Source: Pseudomonadota bacterium
Lineage (GTDB): Bacteria > Desulfobacterota > JADFVX01
Length of the DNA stretch: 52,879 bases
Assembly: GCA_015222755.1 (NCBI GenBank)
Contig: JADFVX010000100.1
Location: 1-52,879 of the forward strand
Reading direction: 5' to 3'
Both the position numbers and the translations under genes were made by a program. Under the pieces are notes generated by a model. The model did not search any database and was not told the DNA's origin. It saw nothing but the letters and a program-made list of their open reading frames with translations. Shown piece by piece: positions 9,515 to 17,585 of this stretch (its first letter is position 1; each line of letters starts with the position of its first letter).

Positions 9515-11497
9515 TCAGGCCATTTCTATACGGTTTTTCCCTAAGCGCTTAGCCCTGTAGAGCGCTTCATCGGCACGCTTGACAATGTCATCTGAAGTCT
9601 CCCCGTCTTCGGGGAAGGTCGCAAGGCCAGCACTGACAGAAACAAATCCCATCGGCTGAGACTCCTCGTGGGCAAATGTATGACGGTGAATAGCCGAAAC
9701 CACCCTTTCCCCGATTAACATTGCCCCATCCTTGCTGGTTTCCGGCAATATAACGACAAACTCCTCCCCCCCATAACGACAGGCAATATCTGTGCTCCTT
9801 ACTGTATGTCTAAGGATCTCACTCAATTCCTCGAGAACTTTGTCCCCTTCCGGATGGCCATTGGTGTCGTTGTAATATTTGAAATTATCTATATCAATCA
9901 TAAACAGAGAAAGATAACGCTCATGCCTCAAGGCCTTTTCATACTCTTTTTCTAAAGTTTCGTTAAAATAACGCCTGTTGTAAAGACCGGTAAGGCTGTC
10001 TCTTATTGCCTTTATTCTTGTTTCCTCCACCAACTTTGCATTATTTAACACCACCGTCAGATGTTCCGCCATTCCCTCAAAAAGCTTAAGGTCTGAAAGA
10101 TCAAAGTGGTCCGGCTTGTTCTTGTAGGCGCATATTAGGCCGAAAATTGAATCGCCCCTGAAAAAAGGAACTGCAATAATAGAATTAACTTCAGCGCCGA
10201 AAATATCCTCGGCAGGGAAATCGATATATTTCTCTACATCACTTACAAGTTCTCCCTTCCCCTCCGCGGCCACAGCGCCATAAAACCCCTCCCCCGGCTT
10301 TCGCCTTGTACTGCCTATCTCACCATCTTCAAAGCCGGTATAAGAGGCAACACTCAGCAGGCCGCTATCTTTATCGGCAAGCATTATCATAGTCTTATCT
10401 ATCTTTTCACTCCTGCCAAGCCCTTGGACCAGGCTGAGCAGAATCTGCTCCAACTCAAAATTTGTATTCACGGCCTTACCTATGTTGTATAGTGCAAAGA
10501 CCTCCAGCAGACTTTTATCCAGCTCCTTTTTAGTATCTTCCAGGGACTGCACCATACGGTTGAAAGCAGTCGCCATTTCACCAAATTCATCCTTCCCCCT
10601 GACCTCGGCACGTACAGAAAAATCCCCCTTCTCCACTTTTTTGAATACCTTCAGCATCGACTTTATGTCTCTGGTAACAATAAAGGTCAGCAAGAGACCA
10701 ATTACAACAAGAAAGATAATGAACCTCATGAACCAGAACAAGACCATCCAGAGCTTATTTTCCCTGATATCCGCGCTGATTGTTTCCATGGAAAATTCAA
10801 TATTGATGGCACCAAGGATATCGCCTTCCCGGGCATTTCTATGACAGCCACTCCCCTCACTGCATTTCTTTCTATCAACCTTGTAAGGGACTAAAACCCT
10901 GGCAAAATCCCCATTAAATTGATAGATGGGCTGACCTTCCTTCAGCACCTTGAGGTCCATGTCATCCCTTGGCAGTTCTCTTGGGTCGGCGATAATGTCC
11001 TCTTGGGCAACTCCCAGCTTTCCTCTCAAGCCAAGCAAATCTTTTTCTAATTCTGCGATCTCGTCCTTCAGATCATCTATTAGATCGGCATCTATCGCTT
11101 TAGAAAGCTCCTCCTCCAATACAGGTATTTCTGCCATGCTGCGCCGTATCGCTTTTTCCAGCGATGGAATGACCTCTTTTTTATTCATCTCGTTAAAAAG
11201 CTCATTCGTTCTTTCAGCCCTGACAATCCTGACATTTTTTATTCCTTCCAACTCCTCTTGCATTGTCTGAAGCATGGAAAAACGAATATCCATCTTCCCC
11301 TCCCTCATCAGGGTATTAAGGGCAACCCTGACATTTTCGGCAAGACGGAAGGTCCACCTTTTGATCTCATTTTGTGTCAGTTCTCTTTCCTTCCTGGCAT
11401 TATAGTTAATGTCAAGGAATGTCAGGACAAGCAGAATAAGCGCAATAGAACCAAGGAATTTAGTGGTAAGCGTTAAGTCTCTGAATTTTTGCTGCAT
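9515..11497 (-). CDS. membrane diguanylate cyclase: periplasmic sensor - HAMP - GAF - GGDEF
   Basis: 660 aa with two TM segments flanking a ~220-aa periplasmic domain. It has a HAMP domain ('FGEMATAFNRM'), a GAF domain, and a GGDEF domain with 'RYGGEEF' and an upstream RxxD-like site. Confidence 0.9.
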   Translation of the reverse strand: MQQKFRDLTLTTKFLGSIALILLVLTFLDINYNARKERELTQNEIKRWTFRLAENVRVALNTLMREGKMDIRFSMLQTMQEELEGIKNVRIVRAERTNELFNEMNKKEVIPSLEKAIRRSMAEIPVLEEELSKAIDADLIDDLKDEIAELEKDLLGLRGKLGVAQEDIIADPRELPRDDMDLKVLKEGQPIYQFNGDFARVLVPYKVDRKKCSEGSGCHRNAREGDILGAINIEFSMETISADIRENKLWMVLFWFMRFIIFLVVIGLLLTFIVTRDIKSMLKVFKKVEKGDFSVRAEVRGKDEFGEMATAFNRMVQSLEDTKKELDKSLLEVFALYNIGKAVNTNFELEQILLSLVQGLGRSEKIDKTMIMLADKDSGLLSVASYTGFEDGEIGSTRRKPGEGFYGAVAAEGKGELVSDVEKYIDFPAEDIFGAEVNSIIAVPFFRGDSIFGLICAYKNKPDHFDLSDLKLFEGMAEHLTVVLNNAKLVEETRIKAIRDSLTGLYNRRYFNETLEKEYEKALRHERYLSLFMIDIDNFKYYNDTNGHPEGDKVLEELSEILRHTVRSTDIACRYGGEEFVVILPETSKDGAMLIGERVVSAIHRHTFAHEESQPMGFVSVSAGLATFPEDGETSDDIVKRADEALYRAKRLGKNRIEMA

Positions 11498-11646
11498 AAC
11501 TTTCTCTATTTGGAATAAAAAATATAATGTTGTCTAAATTAAAACTACCCGTATTACAAGCGATTTTTTCATTATCACATAAAAAACTTTTTTTAAAAAT
11601 TACTTTCCCTCCCTCAAGCAATTTAAGTTTTTATGAGCCCTTTTTC

Positions 11647-11675
11647 TTGACAAGGCATCAAAGAACTTAGATACT
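11647..11675 (+). promoter_or_regulatory. sigma70-type promoter candidate for arsR-MMPL operon
   Basis: TTGACA (11647-11652), a 17-nt spacer, then GATACT (11670-11675). An AGTTT-CT-AAACT inverted repeat lies just downstream (11684-11695). Confidence 0.4.
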
Positions 11676-11721
11676 TACTTCATAGTTTCTAAACTTCGAA
11701 AGTATTAAAACAGGTATTGTT

Positions 11722-12039
11722 ATGAAAGAGCTTTACGAACTACAGGCAGACATCTGCAAGACCATGGCCAACGCAAAGCGCCTGGAGATAATCAGCTTGC
11801 TTGGCGAAGGTGAGCTGCCTGTTGGTAAACTAGCAGAAAGAATGGGGGTAAGGCTGGCCAACCTCTCACAGCACCTTTCCATAATGAAGGCAAAGGGTAT
11901 ACTTGAGGCAAGACGCGACGGAGTACATATCTACTACAGACTTTCCAATCCAAAAGTTACCAGGGCATGTGCATTCATGAAAGAGGTACTGATTGAACAG
12001 ATGGAGGCGCAGGCCGCTTTCTCTAAAAGGGGCAAATAA
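11722..12039 (+). CDS. ArsR/SmtB-family transcriptional regulator (no obvious metal site)
   Basis: 105 aa. The winged-HTH 'KTMANAKRLEIISLL...LPVGKLAERMGVRLANLSQHLSIMKAKGIL..RRDG..IYYRL' is canonical ArsR. It lacks the ELCVCDL and alpha5 His/Asp metal motifs. Confidence 0.85.
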   Translation: MKELYELQADICKTMANAKRLEIISLLGEGELPVGKLAERMGVRLANLSQHLSIMKAKGILEARRDGVHIYYRLSNPKVTRACAFMKEVLIEQMEAQAAFSKRGK

Positions 12040-12055
12040 AGGGGGGGGAACCAAG

Positions 12056-14356
12056 ATGAAGATCCTGCATAAAATCGTTGAGCTGTCACTGGACAATCCG
12101 AAGAAGCTGCTTAGCATATACGGAGTAATAACACTCCTCTTCCTGGCGCAATTCTCAAAGATCACTGTCGATACTGACCCTGAAAACATGCTCTTTGAAA
12201 AGGAGCCTGCCCGTGTCATCCACGACGAGATGAAAAAGGAGTTCGCCCTCCATGACTCCATCATTGTCGGAGTAGTAGACGAATCAAATACTAATGGCGT
12301 CTTTACCCCGCAGACACTTAACAACATCGCCGCCATCTCCGAAGAGATCATGAAGATCGACGGCGTAATCGCCCGCGATCTTATCAGCCCCACAACAACA
12401 GACGACATAAGGGGAGGTGGAGGGACCCTGGTCATCGAGCCGCTCATGCGAAAAGGGGTGAAGGATGAGCAGGAGGCCCTTGCCATACGTGATGCAGCGC
12501 TCGCCAACCCCGTATTGAAAGACATGCTCATATCCGCCGACGGCAGGGCAATCGCTATTGCTGTGCCCATCAAGGCCAAAAATCAGAGCTACCGCATAGC
12601 AACAGAGATAGAAAAGATCGTAGATAAGCATAAAGGAAGTGAGGACTACCACATAACCGGCCTCCCTGTAGCGGAAGACACCTTCGGCATAGAGATGTTC
12701 AGGCAGATGGCTATCTCGGCACCGCTGGCAGGGCTTATCATCTTCCTGCTCATGTTCTTCTTCTTCCGCCGTTTATCAATCATAAGCGCCCCCATGATTG
12801 TTGCAATGGTGAGTATCATCTGGGCCATGGGCTTCCTTATAGGTGCAGGTAACACGGTGCACATCATGAGCTCCATGATCCCCATCTTCCTTATGCCCAT
12901 AGCAGTAGTGGATTCCATACATATTTTGAGCGAGTTTTACGATGACTATGGAAAAACATGTGAGAGGAAAAAGACATTTCTGGGGGTTATGGATAAACTT
13001 ATGACACCGATGATCTACACCTCCATAACATCATCTGTGGGTTTTATATCACTTGCACTTACTCCCATACCACCAGTAAAGGTGTTCGGTGCATTTGTAG
13101 CCTTTGGTATCATGAGCGCCTGGTTCCTGACTATAACGTTGATCCCCGCATTTATCATGCTGATGCCGGAGCGGTATATGAAGGGTTTCGGCAGGCAAGA
13201 CACAGGGCCGGACAGGATGACGGCCATACAGGAGGCACTGGGGCACTTCAGCACAAAAAGAAGCGGACTGATAGTCGGCCTGACTTTGCTGGTTGTCATA
13301 TTTTCAGCCTACGGGATATCACTTACCGTTGTGAACGACAACCCCGTCTACTGGTTCAACAAAGATCACCGTATACGTGTTGCAGACAAGGTACTAAACA
13401 GCCACTTCGGCGGAACATACATGGCCTACCTTGTCCTTGAAGGAAAGGAAGATGGTGTGATGAAATCACCTGAGGTGATGAACTACATCGAAAAACTACA
13501 GGATAAAATATCTTCCATAGAGGCTGTTGGAAAGACGACCTCTATTGCCGACGTGGTGAAAAAGATAGGTTTTGAACTGCGAGACCAGGCAAAAGGATCG
13601 GATGTTATTCCGCAAAGCAGCGAGGCCGTCGCCCAGTTTCTCTTCCTGTACGAGATGAGCGGCGATCCTGACGACCTCTATCATCTTGTAGACCCGATCT
13701 ACAAAAAGGCAAATATCTGGGTACACCTGAAGCGCGGTGACAACATAGACATGAAAAGGGTAATAGAAGAGACCCGCACTTTCATGGATGAAAACAAGCC
13801 ACCGGCAGGCATCAAGGCGGATTGGGCAGGCCTTACTTACATCAATGTCATCTGGCAGGACAAGATGGTAGCGGGGATGTTAAAGGCACTTATCGGCAGT
13901 TTTGTTATGGTATTTTTTATCATGACTGCCCTCTTCCGTTCGGCAATTTGGGGGGCTATCTCGATGGTGCCACTTACAGTGACCATTACGTTCATCTACG
14001 GCTTGGTAGGGTTCACCGGAAAGTCTTTTGATATGCCTATAGCCATACTTTCGGCACTGACGCTTGGGCTTTCCGTAGATTTTGCGATCCACCTCGTCCA
14101 GCGGGCCCGCCAGATCTACAGCGAAAACAAAGACTGGGACAAGACCATCGACCTGCTCTACGAAGAGCCTGTCAGGGCAATAATACGGAATGCCGTCGTC
14201 ATTGCCATAGGCTTTACCCCTCTTTTCCTGGCGTCCCTCGTCCCATACCAGACAGTGGGCTTCTTTATGGCGGCTATTATGGCGATAAGCGGCTTCATGA
14301 CACTGGCCGTTCTTCCCGCTATGATGAATATGATGAAAAACCGGATAAAAATGTAA
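12056..14356 (+). CDS. MMPL/HpnN-type RND superfamily exporter
   Basis: Start moved to ATG 12056, preceded by a G8 tract/RBS. There are two 6-TM bundles separated by large soluble loops. The repeated 'G.S.DF.IH' / 'VDSIHIL' motifs are typical of MMPL-type RND pumps. Confidence 0.85.
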   Translation: MKILHKIVELSLDNPKKLLSIYGVITLLFLAQFSKITVDTDPENMLFEKEPARVIHDEMKKEFALHDSIIVGVVDESNTNGVFTPQTLNNIAAISEEIMKIDGVIARDLISPTTTDDIRGGGGTLVIEPLMRKGVKDEQEALAIRDAALANPVLKDMLISADGRAIAIAVPIKAKNQSYRIATEIEKIVDKHKGSEDYHITGLPVAEDTFGIEMFRQMAISAPLAGLIIFLLMFFFFRRLSIISAPMIVAMVSIIWAMGFLIGAGNTVHIMSSMIPIFLMPIAVVDSIHILSEFYDDYGKTCERKKTFLGVMDKLMTPMIYTSITSSVGFISLALTPIPPVKVFGAFVAFGIMSAWFLTITLIPAFIMLMPERYMKGFGRQDTGPDRMTAIQEALGHFSTKRSGLIVGLTLLVVIFSAYGISLTVVNDNPVYWFNKDHRIRVADKVLNSHFGGTYMAYLVLEGKEDGVMKSPEVMNYIEKLQDKISSIEAVGKTTSIADVVKKIGFELRDQAKGSDVIPQSSEAVAQFLFLYEMSGDPDDLYHLVDPIYKKANIWVHLKRGDNIDMKRVIEETRTFMDENKPPAGIKADWAGLTYINVIWQDKMVAGMLKALIGSFVMVFFIMTALFRSAIWGAISMVPLTVTITFIYGLVGFTGKSFDMPIAILSALTLGLSVDFAIHLVQRARQIYSENKDWDKTIDLLYEEPVRAIIRNAVVIAIGFTPLFLASLVPYQTVGFFMAAIMAISGFMTLAVLPAMMNMMKNRIKM

Positions 14357-14375
14357 AATCTACAGGGAGGTCAAA

Positions 14376-15164
14376 ATGTTTAAGATATTAACTGCTATGC
14401 TTTCAGTATTTCTCCTGCCGTCATTTATTTTTGCCATGACAGCCGATGAGATAATAGAAAAATCAAATATCGCTTACTACTATACTGCAAATGACGGCAA
14501 GGCACGGGCTAAGATGAAGATAGTCGACAGCCGTGGAAGGGAGCGCTACCGCGAGATGACCATCCTCAGAAAGGATATAAAAGACGGCGGCAGGCAAAAC
14601 TACTACGTCTTCTTCCATGAACCGGCAGATGTAAGAAAGATGGTCTTCATGGTATGGAAGCAGGCCGAAGGTGACGACGACCGCTGGCTTTACCTTCCTG
14701 CCATCGATCTCGTAAAGAGGATAGCAACAAGCGATAAACGCTCCAGCTTTGCGGGGGGTGTATTTACCTACGAGGATGTATCAGGACGGCGGACATCGGA
14801 CGATACCCATGAGCTTATAAAAGAAGAAAAGGTAGACGGCAAGGCCGCCTATGTCATAAAAAACACGCCAAAAGATGCCGAGGTTGTAGAGTTCTCCTAC
14901 TACATCAGTTGGATAGACAAGGCCACCTTCCTGCCGGTAAAAGGCGAGTATTTTGACAAACAGGACAAGCTCTACCGTACTATAACCGTCGATGAGACAA
15001 AGGTAATAGACGGCCACCCTACAGCTATAAAAGGAACAGGGAAAAACCTGGAGACAGGACTTACAACAACTATAGAGTTTGTAGATGTGAAATACGATAT
15101 CGGACTGAAGGAATCGACCTTTGCCGAGCGCTACCTCAGAAGACCGCCAAGAGAGGTGAGATGA
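14376..15164 (+). CDS. LolA-like outer-membrane lipoprotein-sorting family protein (periplasmic)
   Basis: 262 aa with a signal peptide. 'FFHEPADVRKM...DDDRWLYLPAIDLVKRIA...SSFAGGVFTYEDV' matches the LolA_like domain consensus. Confidence 0.75.
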   Translation: MFKILTAMLSVFLLPSFIFAMTADEIIEKSNIAYYYTANDGKARAKMKIVDSRGRERYREMTILRKDIKDGGRQNYYVFFHEPADVRKMVFMVWKQAEGDDDRWLYLPAIDLVKRIATSDKRSSFAGGVFTYEDVSGRRTSDDTHELIKEEKVDGKAAYVIKNTPKDAEVVEFSYYISWIDKATFLPVKGEYFDKQDKLYRTITVDETKVIDGHPTAIKGTGKNLETGLTTTIEFVDVKYDIGLKESTFAERYLRRPPREVR

Positions 15165-16480
15165 TCGTAAGAGAATCAAGCTCACCGCAAGGGCACAAAG
15201 ATAAAAGTTTTAAGGTATTTGTCTTCCTCTGCGTTCTCTGCGCCTCTGCGGCAAACTCTCTTTTTTTCTCTGCACCCTCCCACGCCATAAGCCTCCACGG
15301 CTTTGCAGAAGGGGCCTATGGCGCCAGATTTCATAATGATCTAACCAGGAAGGACAACTACAACCTCTCCGAGGCAAGGCTTCAGCTTAAGGGGAGCCAT
15401 CTACCCAAAATGCTGGAAAACTGGCAGCCTGAGTTTTTTTTCAAGGGTGATATTCTACACGACCGTTACAGCGAGACGACACAGGGCATACTTCGCGAGG
15501 CCTATCTTTTCCTGACGCCACTACCAACTGTAGACCTGAAGGTAGGGCGACAGATACTTACCTGGGGGACAGGGGACCTCCTCTTCATCAATGATCTCTT
15601 CCCAAAGGATTACGTCTCCTTCATGATCGGCAGGGACGATGAATACCTCAAGCTGCCATCAGATGCTATAAAGGCGTCTTTTTTCCTGCCAAAGATAAGC
15701 ATTGATGTGATACTTACACCACAGGCGGAGCAGAATAATAGTATCAACGGGGAGCGGCTGTCCTTCTACAACGGCCTCATAGGGGAGATAGTAGGACAAA
15801 ACGGGTCAGGCGATTTCCATGAGCCCGCCCACACACTACGGAACATGGAAACGGCAGCAAGGGTCTACCGCAACTTCGGAAGCATAGAGGGGGCTCTATA
15901 CTACTTCAAAGGTTTTTACAAAGAGCCTCTCGGCGTAAGCGACCCTGTCAATTGGGATTTCTTCTACCCCAGACTGGCCGTCTACGGGGCCAGCCTGCGC
16001 GGGCCCTTTGCAGGAGGGATAGGCAACATCGAGTTGGGATATTACGACTCCAGGGAAGACAGGAGTGGAGGCAATTCCTCCATTGAAAATTCGGCGGTAA
16101 AATATCTTGCAGGATACGAAAAAGATATGGGGAAGGATCTCAAACTCGGCTTACAATATCAACTTGAACAGATGCTAGACTATGACGCCTACCGGGCAGG
16201 CGTGAATCCCGGCTCACCCGCTGACGATGAATACCGCCACCTCCTGACACTTCGTCTGACTCAGCTGATGATGGACCAGAACCTTAACATAGGCCTTTTT
16301 GTATTCTATTCTCCCTCTGACAAGGACATACACCTTCGGCCAAGGATTAGCTATAAGTTCAACGACAACATGAGCGGCACCATAGGGGCCAATATATTTG
16401 AAGGGGACAAAAGCCATACATTTTTTGGACAGCTGGACCGCAACGACAACATCTATACAAGGGTCAGATACAGTTTCTAA
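15161..16480 (+). CDS. putative outer-membrane beta-barrel protein
   Basis: 439 aa with an ATGA overlap onto the upstream gene and a signal peptide. It shows an alternating amphipathic pattern, is rich in Y/G/N/D, and ends in the beta-signal 'TRVRYSF'. Confidence 0.6.
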   Translation: MIVRESSSPQGHKDKSFKVFVFLCVLCASAANSLFFSAPSHAISLHGFAEGAYGARFHNDLTRKDNYNLSEARLQLKGSHLPKMLENWQPEFFFKGDILHDRYSETTQGILREAYLFLTPLPTVDLKVGRQILTWGTGDLLFINDLFPKDYVSFMIGRDDEYLKLPSDAIKASFFLPKISIDVILTPQAEQNNSINGERLSFYNGLIGEIVGQNGSGDFHEPAHTLRNMETAARVYRNFGSIEGALYYFKGFYKEPLGVSDPVNWDFFYPRLAVYGASLRGPFAGGIGNIELGYYDSREDRSGGNSSIENSAVKYLAGYEKDMGKDLKLGLQYQLEQMLDYDAYRAGVNPGSPADDEYRHLLTLRLTQLMMDQNLNIGLFVFYSPSDKDIHLRPRISYKFNDNMSGTIGANIFEGDKSHTFFGQLDRNDNIYTRVRYSF

Positions 16481-16494
16481 GGGGATAATAAAAG

Positions 16495-16764
16495 ATGAGC
16501 ATTAGTGGCAACCCTCACAAGATGGCTGTCGATATCGCCGGGGGCTATATCAGCTTTACGGTGGCAACACTTAAAAGATATACGGCGGGCGACCTCAAAA
16601 CTATCAATACAAATCTGCAGTTAGTCCTTAGAGAACTGCGAAGACAACAGCCACCGCTGGAAGATGTTATGGCGATAAAACTGAAAAATATGAAGATACA
16701 AAGGGTCAATCATGCACTAACGATCATTTCTTCCTACTGCAGGAAAAAGCGCCTGCCTATTTAA
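16495..16764 (+). CDS. hypothetical small protein
   Basis: 89 aa, starting 14 nt after the barrel gene. AAGGGGA lies 9 nt upstream of the ATG. I recognise no family. Confidence 0.4.
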   Translation: MSISGNPHKMAVDIAGGYISFTVATLKRYTAGDLKTINTNLQLVLRELRRQQPPLEDVMAIKLKNMKIQRVNHALTIISSYCRKKRLPI

Positions 16765-16782
16765 GTCCACCCCTAACTCCGC

Positions 16783-16878
16783 CCTGCCCTATTATGTAGG
16801 TACCTTTCGGCTGTTTCAATCAGCGGATTCTCCTTTATAGGTCTTGAAAGGTAGCCGCTACATCCGGCTTTAATGTGG
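16783..16878 (-). pseudogene. orphan receiver-domain C-terminal fragment
   Basis: The minus-strand frame reads 'HIKAGCSGYLSRPIKENPLIETAERYLHNRAGRS*'. This matches the beta5-alpha5 end of REC domains; compare 'CLKAGCTGHIAKPAKKKEILAVVSKF' at the end of the neighbouring hybrid kinase. The frame is closed by TGA just upstream, and no N-terminal part exists. Confidence 0.35.
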
Positions 16879-16882
16879 GGAT

Positions 16883-17281
16883 TTATCGTCCTGAGCCTGT
16901 CTTGTTTGAAAAATCCCTGTAACATTTCAAGATTTCATCATCCAGAGTTTTGTAATCAAAAGGCTTGACTATATAACCTTGTATCCCCAGATCTTTACAG
17001 GTTTTTATGTCATTTTTATCGTCTGTGGATGTCGAGATGATGATTGTAGTTTCCATGTCTCCTGCTTCATCGCGAATTTCCTTCAGTATGGAACGACCGG
17101 ACATACCAGGAAGAAAGATATCCAACAATATGATATCAGGATGCCAAGTCCTATAATTTTCCATGGCCGATCTGCCGTCCGCCACCAGACGCTTTTCAAA
17201 CAGACTATCGGAGACCGCAGCATCATAAAGGTTCAACAGGCTTTCATCATCTTCAACTATCAGCAATTTCAGCTTATTCAT
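16883..17281 (-). CDS. single-domain response regulator (CheY-like receiver)
   Basis: 132 aa. It has 'LLIVEDD', the phospho-acceptor context 'IILLDIFLPGMSG', and 'GYIVKPF'. Confidence 0.9.
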   Translation of the reverse strand: MNKLKLLIVEDDESLLNLYDAAVSDSLFEKRLVADGRSAMENYRTWHPDIILLDIFLPGMSGRSILKEIRDEAGDMETTIIISTSTDDKNDIKTCKDLGIQGYIVKPFDYKTLDDEILKCYRDFSNKTGSGR

Positions 17282-17585
17282 CGTATAGGACCTCTATCTT
17301 CTTAAGGTAAACTGAAAGTTCATCCACCCATCTCCTTATATCTTCTGTATTATGCTCCTTTGCCGCCAGCTCTATAGCCACTCCTATCTCCGAGATATAA
17401 TCAAAGCCATAGCCGCCACCGGCACCTTTCATAGAGTGGCCAATTCTTCTTATCGTTTCATAATCGCCCTTTTCAATATTCCTGTTGATAAGATCAAGAT
17501 CTGCACACCTTAATTCAAAAAACCTGGGGATTATCGACTTGAGATCTGCATCTACATGAACAATGATCTTCTCCTCCTTACCCAT
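17274..17585 (-). CDS. Hpt histidine phosphotransfer protein
   Basis: 'IGHSMKGAGGGYGF' is the Hpt active-site motif. I prefer ATG 17585 over the track's TTG 17615. The ATG overlaps the kinase stop (ATGGGTAA), and its own stop overlaps the REC start (ATGAATAA). Confidence 0.8.
   Translation of the reverse strand: MGKEEKIIVHVDADLKSIIPRFFELRCADLDLINRNIEKGDYETIRRIGHSMKGAGGGYGFDYISEIGVAIELAAKEHNTEDIRRWVDELSVYLKKIEVLYDE

Noticed and set aside
11671-11705. Imperfect dyad ATACTT...AAGTAT around AGTTT-CT-AAACT as an ArsR operator
   Set aside because: The outer and inner repeats are not concentric, and the arms are only 5-6 bp. It is mentioned as a test target but is too weak to call as a feature.
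11866-12579. 237-aa minus-strand ORF spanning the arsR/RND junction
   Set aside because: It is antisense to two well-supported genes, its composition is Ser/Met-rich and low in complexity, and it crosses an intergenic RBS region.
16783-16935. 50-codon ORF (MLQGFFKQDRLRT...) that would make the REC-like fragment a gene
   Set aside because: It would overlap the 3' end of the intact REC gene by about 50 nt in another frame. Only its C-terminal ~30 residues look like anything (REC beta5-alpha5), and a receiver domain cannot fold from that piece. I treat it as a relic.
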